Origin: Ginglymostoma cirratum
Lineage: Eukaryota
Length of the DNA stretch: 64,000 nucleotides
Reading direction: 5' to 3'
Assembly: GCA_024137785.1 (NCBI GenBank)
Contig: JAHRHZ010000268.1
Span: 15,109,734-15,173,733, forward strand
The notes under the pieces were generated by a model, which was not told the DNA's origin, searched no databases, and saw only the letters and a program-made list of their open reading frames with translations. The translations under genes and the position numbers were made by a program. This document shows, in pieces, positions 26,241 to 38,014 of this stretch (its first letter is position 1; each line of letters begins with the position of its first letter).

Positions 26241-26388
26241 CACAGCCAGCTGCTTGCAGTTGGTTGACCTGAGATAGTCAACATGCTCTTATTTCTGATA
26301 ACTGTAATCATTTTGAATAATTATAAACCTTTTTCTCCTGAACTGCAGATCCTGGCGTTACTGCTGCACAACTGAAATATTGCACATA

Positions 26389-26600
26389 TTGGAAATCTTA
26401 ACCAAAAACGGAAAATTCTGAAAATACTCAGTCTGATAGTAACTATGAGAAGAGAAACAAAGTTAATAGTTGAGGTTGATAGCCTTTCACAAAATTTTGA
26501 TGGAACATTAACTTTGTTTTTTCTCTCTATAGATGTTGCCAGGTCTACTGAATATTTCCTGTTTTACTGTTTTTAATTTCAGATTTCAAGCATGCACTCT
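26389..26600. mobile_element. Old fold-back PLE terminal-repeat element
   Basis: Diverged inverted arms (AGAGAAACAAAGTTAAT / ATTAACTTTGTTTT...CTCT) with a GATGTTGCCAGGTCTACTGA motif of the PLE terminus. Confidence 0.5.
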
Positions 26601-27054
26601 ATTTTACTCTTATAAAAGGTTAATCGGAGTGTAGAGGTATAGAAAATAATGAAGAGTTCTGATAAAGTGGTTAAGGAGAAATTGCATCTGGTGGTGGAAG
26701 GATCAATAAGTCAGTGGGAACAGATTTAGGATGTTGGCAAAACAATTTGGCATCATGAAAAAAAACAGATTAAGCAATGGGTTGTGGTGATACAGCACAT
26801 ACTAATTAAAAGGATGATGGAAACAGATGCCCTTCTGAAGAGAAAATGAATTTGTTTTATAACTGAGGAATTCTCAGCTTTATAGACAGCATGAGAGTTA
26901 GCTAATGCAGAATGTAAACAATGACTGTAGTGAGGGAAGTAATACAGGATTTTTTTTTGAAGTATGTGCCTGTGAATTGAAGTGTTGCTGCTTATTAAAT
27001 GTTTTAATTTGTAGCCAGGGGTATTAAACTTCACTTTTCTTTCTCTGTTGAAAG

Positions 27055-27194
27055 GAAACCTTCTCACCGCCTGCTGGAAACCTTCATCAAGAACAGGAAC
27101 ATCGTCACTGCATGTAAACTGGATGGCCCCTTGAACAATATTGCTCTCCTCCCCAGTCACACTGTGTGTGAAATGGGGGAACTGACCCAAATAG
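27055..27194 (+). CDS. PXYLP1: PXYLP1 internal coding exon (not in the ORF track)
   Basis: Pyrimidine tract plus aaag|G acceptor and ATAG|gtgaag donor, 140 nt. Phase-compatible with both neighbouring exons. Encodes (R)KPSHRLLETFIKNRNIVTACKLDGPLNNIALLPSHTVCEMGELTQI(G), containing the conserved CEMGELTQ. Confidence 0.93.
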
Positions 27195-27357
27195 GTGAAG
27201 TACCATGCGACTTTTTTTTTTTTGATGATGCAAGCTGTAAATCTTGTGTGGAGTGTACATGTGCTGCTCCAATGGTGTGAACGGCAGAAGTACAATTACA
27301 CTATAAAGACTGTGTTTGTAGAGAGCATGTGATGCTACACTGATGCAGAAATTTGAG

Positions 27358-27620
27358 TTTTTTTTTATTCACACGACGTTGGCATTGCTAGATAGGCCAG
27401 CATTTCTGCTGGACATTTATGGACAAGGGACGTTTATGAACTAAATAGGTTTTATGACCATTTGTAATGGTTATGTGATCACCATTAGACTAGTCTTTTA
27501 TTCCAGACTTTTTTTATTGGATTCAAATTTCACCATCTGCCAGAACATTATATTCCCAGAACATTAGATTGTGGTTCTGGATTGCTGGTCCAATAGCCTT
27601 ATCATAAGTATCACCACCTT
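27358..27620 (-). mobile_element. Deu-core SINE, internally deleted
   Basis: Shares GGCCAGCATTT, CACCATTAGACT, TTCAAATT...CACCATCTGCC and CCCAGAACATTAG with 50388-50732. Confidence 0.6.
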
Positions 27621-30600
27621 CCTCATCTGATATCAGTGGTATAGTAAACTTACTTTATCAATGCCACTTTTTAAATACCAATAATTTGGATCTGGTCTGA
27701 CACGACAAAACTTTCTAGAGTGATATACATATTGTTGCAGTATATGTATATCGTTGAATTGACCTCGAAGGAAAGTAGGCTTTGAGTAAATAATATGTAA
27801 TGAGAACATCTATGTATAATTGTTTACTTCTAACTTATTTTAGTTCTAATTTCAACCTGTTTTTGTTATATACAGAATAATTGTGTATATTTATTAACTT
27901 CAACAAATGTTATATATTTCAGTTCCTTGATTTATGAAAAATGATACAATATTTGAATTCATAAAGACAATCGAGTTTAAAGTGGGCATCTCTTAAGTGA
28001 AACAAGCAATTGCTAAAATCAGAGTTCAGAGAAAAAAGCCATTCAAACTATGTTCTGAGATCATTTAAATTAATTTATGGTTTGGCTTAGTTTGAAATCA
28101 AAGTACATGGGTGTTTTTACCCACTCACTTAACTTGACAATGTCCTCGTGCAACCTCTTTGTATCCTCCTCACAACATACTTTTCGACTTAACTTTGTCA
28201 TCAGCAATCATGAATACATTATACTTCTTTCACTTATATAGTCATTTTAAAAGAGCGCAAAAGCTGTAGTCCTAGCTAAATTTCTTGTGGTGCCACAATA
28301 GTCACAAATTGATAACCCAAACTGACCTATTTGTTCTTATGCCTTGTTTTCTGTCCTACACATAATCCAGTGTCACTGGAGCAAAAGTCTGCAACTCACT
28401 GCCTGATGTCATTGTGGATGTATCTGCATCAATGGACTTCAATAGTTCATGAAGGTGGCTCAATGCCATCATCTCAAGATTAACTAGTGATAGGCAATAA
28501 TAAATGAGTAAAAATATCCCGCAAATCTTCAGTGCAATAAACTGTTGCACATGCTTTTTGAGAATCCAGATACATTTTGTGCACTGAATTCCCCTTATCC
28601 ACTCTTCTAGTTATATCCTTTAAAACACATATCAGATTTGTCAAACATAATTTCCGTTTTATAAAACTGTGATTCTGTGCAATTGATTTTCTAAGGGCCC
28701 TGCTATCATGTTCCTAACAATAGATTATAGCATTTTCCTACTACGGATATTAGGCTCATTGGCCTATAGTTTGCTTTTTTTACTCTCGCCTTCCCTTCTT
28801 GAATAGCAGGAGAACAATTTCTATCTTTTAAATCCATGGAGCATGCATACAAACAACCTTTGTGCATTGATGGGCGTGTCTTTGACCATTGCCTTAATGG
28901 GGAAATGCTGATTGCAGGAACACTCAGCAGAAATTTAGCAACTGCGCAAAGAAATACACAGTTGGCACTCTATTGCATTCTTAACTGAGAAACATTCAAC
29001 CCATAAAATTTCAAAACAATAAACATTGATTCAGTGGATTGACTGAGAGGTTTCTAAGATTGCTTTTACTGTTAATCGAGAAGTTATGTGATATTCCCTT
29101 TGTTATTCATACTTGTGTGATGATGTGCAAACTCCAGTGGTTGATTTGACAATGTATTCTGGATCTTAATGCTTTTAAAGGTCTGTTTGTGGTAGTGGCC
29201 AGTTCAGTTGCCAACACATTATTTGATTATGCAAGAAAAGTTTAGACTTGAGTCCTGTGAATTGAGTTTATTTGCTGATGTGCAGTTATTGCATGGCAAA
29301 AGACAAAAAAAAAGTGCATGAGGCAACAAATGATTTTTTGATGCAAAACGCAATGTACTGCCTTCAGATGCATAGCATTGTTTGAGAGTAGAGAAAAATG
29401 CAGGATGGGAACAGTTACTGTATATGCAATGAAAGCTCTGTATTGCTGGAATATCTTATTGTGCTCAAAAACTGGATTAGCATGATTATTAAATAAAATC
29501 ATGAATTTTCACCTTGATGACCTCGCAGAAAGCTGGCTTAATGAATTGGTCCTGTGGGAAGTTCAAATTGATCAATTTCTATAATGAGCTTCTGATTTGC
29601 CAAACCAGGTTTCAAGTTGAAAATCCACCCCATATGTTGTGGCTGTGTGCATATGTTTACGTGCATGAACCTAGGGAATTTTTGACATAGGGTCTTATTT
29701 ACATAGTCAGAAATTGTGCCTTACTCGATCCCTGTGAGGGATGGGCTCTGTGGCTAGTTGGGTGGGGGTGAAACTTTAGATGAAAGGAGGCCACAATCTC
29801 ACACTCCAAGTGTGAAACTTAAGTATCAGGGATGGGATTCAGCCATCTCTGCAGGCTCACAAGGAAACTCTTACTTTTCTTTTTCGATAAACAAGTGGTT
29901 TTGATAGCATCATGATACAGGATCCTCTTAGAGAAATGTATAAATCTTGCATTGAGATAGCAGTCAAGCTTTGCTGATATCATTGAAAAATAAAAAGGCC
30001 TTGGAGAGTAAAGTTAAGGGATTTAGAGTGGCACCCACATGAGGGGCTTCATGTATGTGGAGAGACTGGAAAAAGTTCTTAGGGTATTTGATAGAGGTCT
30101 TCAAAATTATGAAGAGTCTGATTCAGTAAACACAAGGAAATTGTTTCCCATGGTAGGAGTTGCGAATAGAACCAGGGACAACAAGAGAAAACATTTTTCC
30201 ACAGCAAGATGCTTCGAAAGGGTCATGGCAGAAGATTGAACTGTAATACTGGTTTGATAAGTATTTTAAAGGGGATAAAAAAACATAAAAATGGGGAAAG
30301 AAGAGGGGAAGGAACTAACTGGCTATCCACTTCGAAGAATGGCATACACACAATAGTTTAATTAGTGCTGTATCATTCTATTGCTGCAATATCTACAATA
30401 TTGATAGTTTTGAAAATATTTAGAGTGTATTTTTGTTACTCTGATGTATGATGGTGTGGCCCACCATTTAACATTGCTTATGTGTGATTGCCATGCAGAG
30501 TATGCAAAGTAGGCTCAAGTAGACTCCTCCATTCAGTTGTCACATCTCACTTTGTATTACAGCTGACTGCCAGCAAAATGGGGCAAAGTGCAAAATAAAA

Positions 30601-30628
30601 CAATTCAATTCTCAGATATAAATTGTAG

Positions 30629-31335
30629 GAGAGATAAAAGGTACTGCAGATGCTGGAGAATCCGAGATAACAAGCATGGGGCTGGATGAACACAGCAGGT
30701 CAAGCAGCATCATAGGAGCAGGAAAACTTGACGTTTCGGGCCTAAACCCTTTATCAGAAATGGGGCAGGGGAAGAGGGTTCTGAAATAAATAGGGAGAGN
30801 NNNNNNNNNNNNNNNNNNNNNNNNNNNNNNNNNNNNNNNNNNNNNNNNNNNNNNNNNNNNNNNNNNNNNNNNNNNNNNNNNNNNNNNNNNNNNNNNNNNN
30901 NNNNNNNNNNNNNNNNNNNNNNNNNNNNNNNNNNNNNNNNNNNNNNNNNNNNNNNNNNNNNNNNNNNNNNNNNNNNNNNNNNNNNNNNNNNNNNNNNNNN
31001 NNNNNNNNNNNNNNNNNNNNNNNNNNNNNNNNNNNNNNNNNNNNNNNNNNNNNNNNNNNNNNNNNNNNNNNNNNNNNNNNNNNNNNNNNNNNNNNNNNNN
31101 NNNNNNNNNNNNNNNNNNNNNNNNNNNNNNNNNNNNNNNNNNNNNNNNNNNNNNNNNNNNNNNNNNNNNNNNNNNNNNNNNNNNNNNNNNNNNNNNNNNC
31201 TCTCCCTATTTATTTCAGAACCCTCTTCCCCTGCCCCATTTCTGATGAAGGGTTTAGGCCCGAAACGTCAAGTTTTCCTGCTCCTATGATGCTGCTTGAC
31301 CTGCTGTGTTCATCCAGCCCCATGCTTGTTATCTC
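30629..31335. mobile_element. Young PLE insertion with inverted terminal repeats flanking a 400-N gap
   Basis: 30664-30799 and 31200-31335 are reverse complements with 1 mismatch in 136 nt. The gap spans 30800-31199. Confidence 0.85.
31238..31273 (+). ncRNA. Minimal type I hammerhead ribozyme motif (PLE-associated) with intact core
   Basis: ATTT-CTGATGA-A-GGGT(TTAG)GCCC-GAAAC-GTC-AAGT. Stem I is ATTT/AAGT, stem II is GGGT/GCCC, and a palindromic ACGT replaces stem III. Predicted cleavage is after C31269. Confidence 0.7.
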
Positions 31336-31382
31336 AATTCTCAAATAGTTTGGCTCTTCTCAATCCCTATTTTTGCTTCCAG

Positions 31383-32314
31383 GTGTTGTCCAGCATCTGC
31401 TGAATGGAGAACATTTGCATGACACGTACATTAAGAAACATAAACTGCTGCCTGATAACTGGTCTACAAAGCATCTGTACGTGGAATCAACAGGAAAAAG
31501 TCGGACACTGCAGAGTGGACTAGCTCTGCTGTACAGTCTCCTGCCAAAATTGGATTGGGGCAAAGTACACATCCGGTACCAGTGGAGCACCATTTTTTGC
31601 TCTAACAGCTGTGACTGTCCAATGCGTAATCACTATCTAGAGGAGGAACAACGACGCCAGTACAATTTGCGGGTTAAAAACAGCCTGTTGGAACAGACAT
31701 ACATTGACATGGCAAAAATTGTGGGGATTCCCACACGGCGGTTAAGAGCAGCTAATCCCATTGACTCCCTGCTATGCCATTTCTGTCACAATGTCTCATT
31801 TCCATGTACAGAATATGGTTGCATTAATTTGAACCACTTTAAAGTCATCAAGGCACATCAGCTGGAAGGTGAGCAAGACAGGCAGAGGAAGAAGTTGTAC
31901 TACAAATATGCACTACTTGCAACTCACCCACTTTTAAACCAGACTGTCACTCGCATGCAACAGGTTGCTCAAGGGAAGAAGGATGAAATATTTGCCCTCT
32001 ACTCTGCTCATGATGTCACAGTGGCACCGCTGCTCAGCGCTTTGGGCATTCCTGATGCCAGTTTTCCTCGATTTGGTGCTCGAATAATCTTTGAAATATG
32101 GCGAAACGGACAGGTGAAAAGACAACTTTTTATTCGTATTCTTTACAATGGCGATGATATCACATTCCAAACTTCGTTCTGCTCTGGGCACAAAGCACAT
32201 TCCAAACAACTCCTCTGTCCTTTTGAGAATTTCCTGAATTTTGTAAGGAAGGACATGTTTGCAGTTTTTAACAGCACAAATTATTATGATGCATGCCACA
32301 GGAGGGTATTTTGA
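31383..32314 (+). CDS. PXYLP1: PXYLP1 terminal coding exon
   Basis: Acceptor ttttgcttccag|GT. Open frame GVVQHL...STGKSRTLQSGLALL...YSAHDVT (HD proton-donor motif)...NYYDACHRRVF-stop. Corresponds to ORF 31373..32314. Confidence 0.97.
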
Positions 32315-32450
32315 ATATCTCAGTTGCTGGAGTTTGTGTAATGCTACATGTTGTGTGTTTTAAATATAATTGATTTGAATCATTGGTGTTATAGTTTGAT
32401 GAGATTGTACCCCCCCACCCCCATGGCAGAGTTGTTTTATTTCCAATGAT

Positions 32451-32456
32451 AATAAA
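32451..32456 (+). promoter_or_regulatory. Candidate polyadenylation signal for PXYLP1 (a second candidate is at 32589-32594)
   Basis: AATAAA about 137 nt after the stop codon, with GT-rich sequence downstream. Not verified by transcripts. Confidence 0.3.
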
Positions 32457-35400
32457 TTATAATGTGGATTGTACAAATCTCATGCTCCAGCTATGTATTG
32501 TGACACTGTGTTCCAGGGATTTGTTATGTCATGTCTTTGTATTGAAAAATTCCATTGTAGCTGGACATGGTTAACTAAAGCTTTCTAAAATAAACCAGGG
32601 ACAGATAGCAAAGGCATGATTACACGTGTTTAATAGTTCTTTAAGAAATGGTGTAGTGTCAGAGAACTTTCAGCAAGCTATCTATATTTAAGAAGGGAGA
32701 TAAGAATATGCCCAGGGAACTATAAACTAGTCAGAGTTACAGTGACTGATTAACAAAAAAAAAATTGAAAAAGAAGAACAATATCTAGAGACTAAAAATA
32801 TAGTACTGAATAATCAATATGTACTGTAAAAGGCAAAATCTTGCTTGCCTCTTGTCATTGAATTCTTTGAAGAGGTAAATGAGAAATCATTAAAAATTGA
32901 ACACTCTTAAATTTGATGGTGGCCTCAGTTAAGAAAGTTAGAAATTAGGATACTCCTGTGATCATGTTGTTCAGTTTTGTATTTTGATATAGCTTTCATT
33001 TTGGCCAACTTAATACTTCATTTCACTTTGGTTCAAAGTAAACCAAGTACCTAGTTTCAAAGGATTTAGGTATCTGCTGAAACTTCCATGATTTAAACCA
33101 ATTGGGACAGATTTAGACCAATTGGTAGTTGAATTTCAAATGAAGTCAAGTTTAAAATGTTCTTTCATACCACAGTAGATTGAGCTGTTATGCACATAAT
33201 GAAAGGTTATATAGAATAAATTTCAAGACTTCCTAACTGATTTGCTCATAACAGTAAGAACTAGTACATGCTACCATGTTGCACACCAATCAGTTGTACA
33301 TGTGGAAATGCTTTCCTCTTAAATACAAGGGAAAGATGGAGTTGCAAGCTTCAATTGACCGAGTAAAGCAAATTTCTTCAACCCACAGCTCAATCAGAAA
33401 CTAAGGGGACATTTTCAAGTAGGTAATCTGTAGCAAATGGAGTGCCAGAAGGGTCAGTATAAGAGCCTGTCCTGTTTAAAATTCACTGCCATGATCTTCT
33501 GGTCCTTCAATAGTGAATGACAAATGCATAGCCCCAAGGATATATGTCGGGACTCCTTGAAGTTGCAACACACCAACTCCATGGAGATTGTCTGGAAAGT
33601 TTGAATTCCTAATGAGAATTCCCTAGTTCCCTAGGACAGTGCTTGAATATCATCCACTCTAAGTTAGGTTTGGCGTGTTGGCAGAGATGAGACTTATTTA
33701 CTGGATATTCAGCAGGAAATGTTAGATAGATTAAAACCATGCCTAATTCCTGGGAAGTCATTGAACTAATGCTACTGACCCCCATGATTTCCCTGAGCCA
33801 TTAAACCTTTTCCCAGTGCCTCAGCCCCTGTCCTGTCAAATCTTCCTGAGCCTCCATTATTCCTCAACCCTGTAACATGCCCTGGTTCTCAAATTTGTCT
33901 CCTTGATCCTCTTGACACTACCCAGAGTCCATAACATATTTGTCTGGACCTCACCACCCTGGCACTGTACCCACCTGCCTCCCACTGACTACCCTACCTA
34001 ATGACACATCTACCTATCACCTCTTCGCTCACGTACTTGTACTAAAGAACTGAAATCTTCTGAGATGTATAAACTTACCAGAATACAGCAATTTGTGCTG
34101 TAAAAAGGGGGCATGATTTCTGCATACATTCTGTTTGCTGCTTCTTCTGACAAATCCCGTGCTCACTGGGTTTTGGATAGATACTGCAATGGAAGGCTGA
34201 CCAAACAAATCAGAGAAAGGTAAGTAGGAAATATTTTTCTCCAGTCTGCCTTGGAACAGATATTCTGCTGACTGGAAGATTTTGATCAACATTAATGACT
34301 AAGATGAAGAGACAAATTAATATATCTAAATTTCCAACGATACAAAACTAGCAGTGAGGAGAACGCAAGGAGTCTCAATGAGATCAAAGCACTTAAGATG
34401 AGTCAGTAACAAGTTGGCAAATCAACTATAGTGTGGGGAAGTGTGAGATTATTCAATTAGGTATCAAGAATAGAAAAATTAAATATTTTATGAAATTTCC
34501 AGATGATGTTCAGAGAGACTTTGATTTACAGGGAACACAAAGCTAGCATATAGGTACAGCAAGCAATTACAAAGACGAATGGTTTCCAAGAATAAACAAG
34601 ACTTTGCCACAGTTGCACAGGCCTTGGGTGAAATTATACTTGGTGTACTGTGTGCAGTTTTGATCTCCATGTTTAAGGAAGGATATACTTGCATTAGAAG
34701 CGGTATAGCAGATATTAACTAGATTGGTCCTTGAGATGGGAGAGTTCTCTCATGGTGAGAGATCATTGCTCTTAAAAATTCATTTACATTTTCTTTCTGT
34801 GCCTGCTATTCTCTGAGCTATAAGCTTTCTTTTCAATAGCATCCAGCTAATCAGCATTCCATTGTTTCTTAAGGATCCCACAACTGTGGATATATTAGCT
34901 TATGTGTAAACTTTGCTGTAATGTTACCTAGTGCCTCTATCTCTAAAAATACCCTAATTTCTGATAGCCAGTTTACTTCTAGTCTATATCTACTCTCACC
35001 GCTCTTAGCAGACACTTGCATTCTGTGCATTTTCTCAGCTGAACTGCAGCAGAACTCGCAGATAATTTCCCCATCTAAAAAAAACAGTTCTCTCCAACCT
35101 ATTTCCATGGCAACCTGTCATACCTATCATGTTCTAAATAGAAATCAACATTCGTTAACTATTAGCTTCAAAACCAAACCTTTGAATGGAAGACCCAGAT
35201 GAATAATTTATATCTCTGATTAACATAGTTCCATCTCTCCAGGATCCCTGATTCCACCAATGAAGTCCATTATTTATCAACTGTTTGCTTCTTTTCACTG
35301 GGAATTACATACATAATTTATATATGTTATTGAAACAATTGTAGACCACCTAGCTCTACACAGACTCCAATGGATTATCATTGTTTGGTTTCTCCTTTCT

Positions 35401-35599
35401 AATTTTGATCTCATAAACTAAACTGAACTACCACTATTTGAGGTGTAATGGAAATTTCCAAAGTCCAACATTTTAATTTTCCAATCCTTGTACATTTTAT
35501 CTTCTCAAAAATAAAAATTGCATCTCTAACACGATCATACAGCTCATGGTTCACATTAATGGCACTTTATATTTTTGCACATTTACTTCATTTATTAAT

Positions 35600-36300
35600 T
35601 GCTGAAAAAAGACACACTTTGTTGAAGTTTTTCATTTTGCATTCATCAAGGTAATTTGCAAGAAATACCAAAGAAGAGAGTGCTGATTGGTTGGTAAGTG
35701 AACTTTCATGAGTTGAGGCATTGTCCTGGTGAGTATACTAGACAATTACGTCTGATTGGTAACTCTCATTCACTAAGGCATTGCACTGAGCAACAAACTG
35801 GAGAATGGCTGTCACCTACTTTGGCTGCATTGAAACAGGCACAACGTATGTACATTTTCTTTCTGTCTGCAAAGAAGAGGGCCCTATGTATTAGCAAATG
35901 TAGACTCCAGTACATATAAATGCGCCATACTGTGAGCCTGAATGACAAGTGTAAATCAGTTGCCAGTAATTGCATGCTCAGGATTATATGGCCAATGTTG
36001 TCCATTTGTGCAATCACATTTAATATTAGATGCTGAGATAACAAGGTGTAGAGCTGGATGAACACAGCAGGCCAAGCAGCATCAGAGGAGCAGGAAAGCT
36101 GATGTTTCAGGTCTGGACCCTTCTTCAGAAAACAAAATTACTTTTTTTTTGCTGTAGAAAGGGCCAGACCCGAAACGTCAGCTTTCCTGCTCCTCTGATG
36201 CTGCTTGGCCTGCTGTGTGATTCCAGCTCTACACCTTGTTATCTCAGATTCTCCAGCATCGGCAGTTCCCACTGTCTCTAATATTAGATGCTGTTGTGGG
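35600..36300 (-). mobile_element. Decayed PLE, second family (GIY-YIG C-terminus plus terminus), interrupted by a fold-back element
   Basis: The minus strand gives SNIKCDCTNGQH..NPE..HLYVLESTFANT*GPLLCRQKENVHTLCLF. The terminus TTGATGA-ATGCAAAAT-GAAA-AACTTC is at about 35620-35650. Confidence 0.65.
36036..36278. mobile_element. Fold-back PLE terminal-repeat element with perfect 15-bp TSD
   Basis: TAATATTAGATGCTG at 36021-36035 and 36279-36293. Inverted arms at about 36034-36130 and 36158-36247. Confidence 0.9.
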
Positions 36301-36399
36301 TCCTACAAGGACAAACTGGTTGTGCATGGTCAGTACCTTGTTTGTTATGAACAACCAAAGGGATATGCAGCTGAGGTTGAGATTCATTACCTGCCCAGG

Positions 36400-37200
36400 C
36401 TAGGGATAGCTCCTTGGGACTGGAAAGGAGTTTGTTGTAGGAGGGGAAAGATCCAGTTGTCTTGGTCTATGCAGGTACCAAAGACATTTGACAAACTAAG
36501 ACAAATACTCTGCTGAGAGACTTTGAGCAGTTAAGGGCTAAATTAGAAAGTAAAGCCTCCTATGATGCTGCTTGGCCTGCTGTGTTCATCCAGCTCCACA
36601 CCTTGTTGTCTCAGATTCTCCAGCATCAGCAGTACCTATTATCTCTGCAGGTAATAATCTCCGGCTTACTACCTAACCCATGAACAAATTGGCATCAGAT
36701 CAAATTAAATCAGAGGATACATCAAAGTTTTGTATGGGAAAAATAGGTTTCAATTGATGGAGCACTCTCTCCTGTACTCTGGAAAGGGGGGAATGTGCTG
36801 TTTAGACATGTAGTAATAAGCTGTCTTGCGGCCAGAGTTCTTATGAACTGTATAGTCAGTACTGTAGAGGATCTTAAACTTAATAGGTCTGGGAGAAGGA
36901 GTGGAGTGTTCATGTGTGAGGAGATTTGGAAAGTTAAAGAGAAAGGACAAAACAGGGCCAAAAGGGACAGAACATACAAACGTAGGAAATAACTTAAGAA
37001 TAGAAAAACATACCCAGTATCGTGATAAGATTGATGAATTGATAGAACAAATAGAAATAAAAGAGGATGATGCAGTAGATTTCAACAGAAACCTGGCTGT
37101 GAGATGGCCAAGATGAGAACTGGATATTCAAGGGTACTTGACATTTTGGTAGATAGGAAAAATGGAAAGGAAGTGGGATAGCCCTGTCAATGGTAGAGTT
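36400..37200 (+). mobile_element. CR1 ORF1 end and ORF2 start relic containing a PLE terminus fragment (36557-36646)
   Basis: Relics VIISGLLP, DKIDELIEQIE and LDIQGY...GSG. The inserted CTCCTATGATGCTGCTTGGCCTGCTGTGTTCATCC...CAGTACCTATTATCTC is PLE-derived. Confidence 0.6.
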
Positions 37201-37539
37201 GTCAGAAATATAGTTGTTAAAAATGATCTTCACTCCACAGATCAAGACTTGGACTATATTCCTGTAGGGCCAGAGCAATGACAGACCTAGTTAACAATTG
37301 TGGATGGGACCCAATTCTAGAATGTCTGACCCCATTCCCAGCAGCAACAATTACTGCCAACATGAGATAAATGTGCAGGTAAATGTGTGTACCATTTAAA
37401 TAACCAATAAAGATAATATTAACAACAGTAAATGTGAATATGCTGAAAAAATCCATTTAGAAATACCTTTTGATAAAAGTAGTCAATTTAATAGAAGTGT
37501 CAATTAGACAGTTAATTAAATACAATAAGAAGTTTCAAA

Positions 37540-37675
37540 GGGTTATGAGGAAGGGTCAGTGGACCTGCAATGTTAACTCTGTTTTCTCCTCCACAGATGC
37601 TGCCAGACCTGCTGAGCTTTTCCAGCAACTTTGTTTTTGTTCCTGATTTAGAGCATCCGCAGTTCTTTTGGTTTT
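37540..37675 (+). mobile_element. 136-bp PLE terminal-repeat insertion with 14-bp TSD
   Basis: TAAGAAGTTTCAAA at 37526-37539 and 37676-37689. The insert starts at hammerhead stem I (GGGTT-ATGAGGA-AGGGTCAGTGGACCT-GCAATGTT-AACTC). Confidence 0.85.
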
Positions 37676-37869
37676 TAAGAAGTTTCAAATACTGCATACC
37701 TCTTAATCTAGTCTAAATAATCACAAGGCATTGACAAAAAATTACAGAAAAAACTGCTTCTTCTATACACTTTACTATGTCAATTATTGCAAGACTGCTG
37801 GATTTTCAAATTCCATCATCCAATTTTAATACCTGGGTCTTTCGTGCACTGAAACGGTTTTAAAAAAGA

Positions 37870-38014
37870 AAAATAAAACAAAGAACTTCAGATGCTGCAA
37901 ACCCGAAACAAATAAAGAAGTTGCTAGAGAAACGCAGTAGGTTTGGCTGGCATAATCTATAAAGGAAGAAACAGAGTTAACCATTCAAGTGCAGTGACCC
38001 TTTCTCAGAACTGA
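37870..38014 (-). mobile_element. PLE terminal-repeat fragment
   Basis: Reverse of the 37540 family. Ends at CAGTT-CTGAGAA-AGGGTCACTGCAC. Confidence 0.65.

Noticed and set aside
26753-27295. 180-aa minus-strand ORF
   Set aside because: Antisense shadow of the PXYLP1 exon plus CR1 debris, with no recognisable domain.
31934-32299. 121-aa minus-strand ORF (also 31360..31593)
   Set aside because: Antisense to the PXYLP1 terminal exon, with no independent support.
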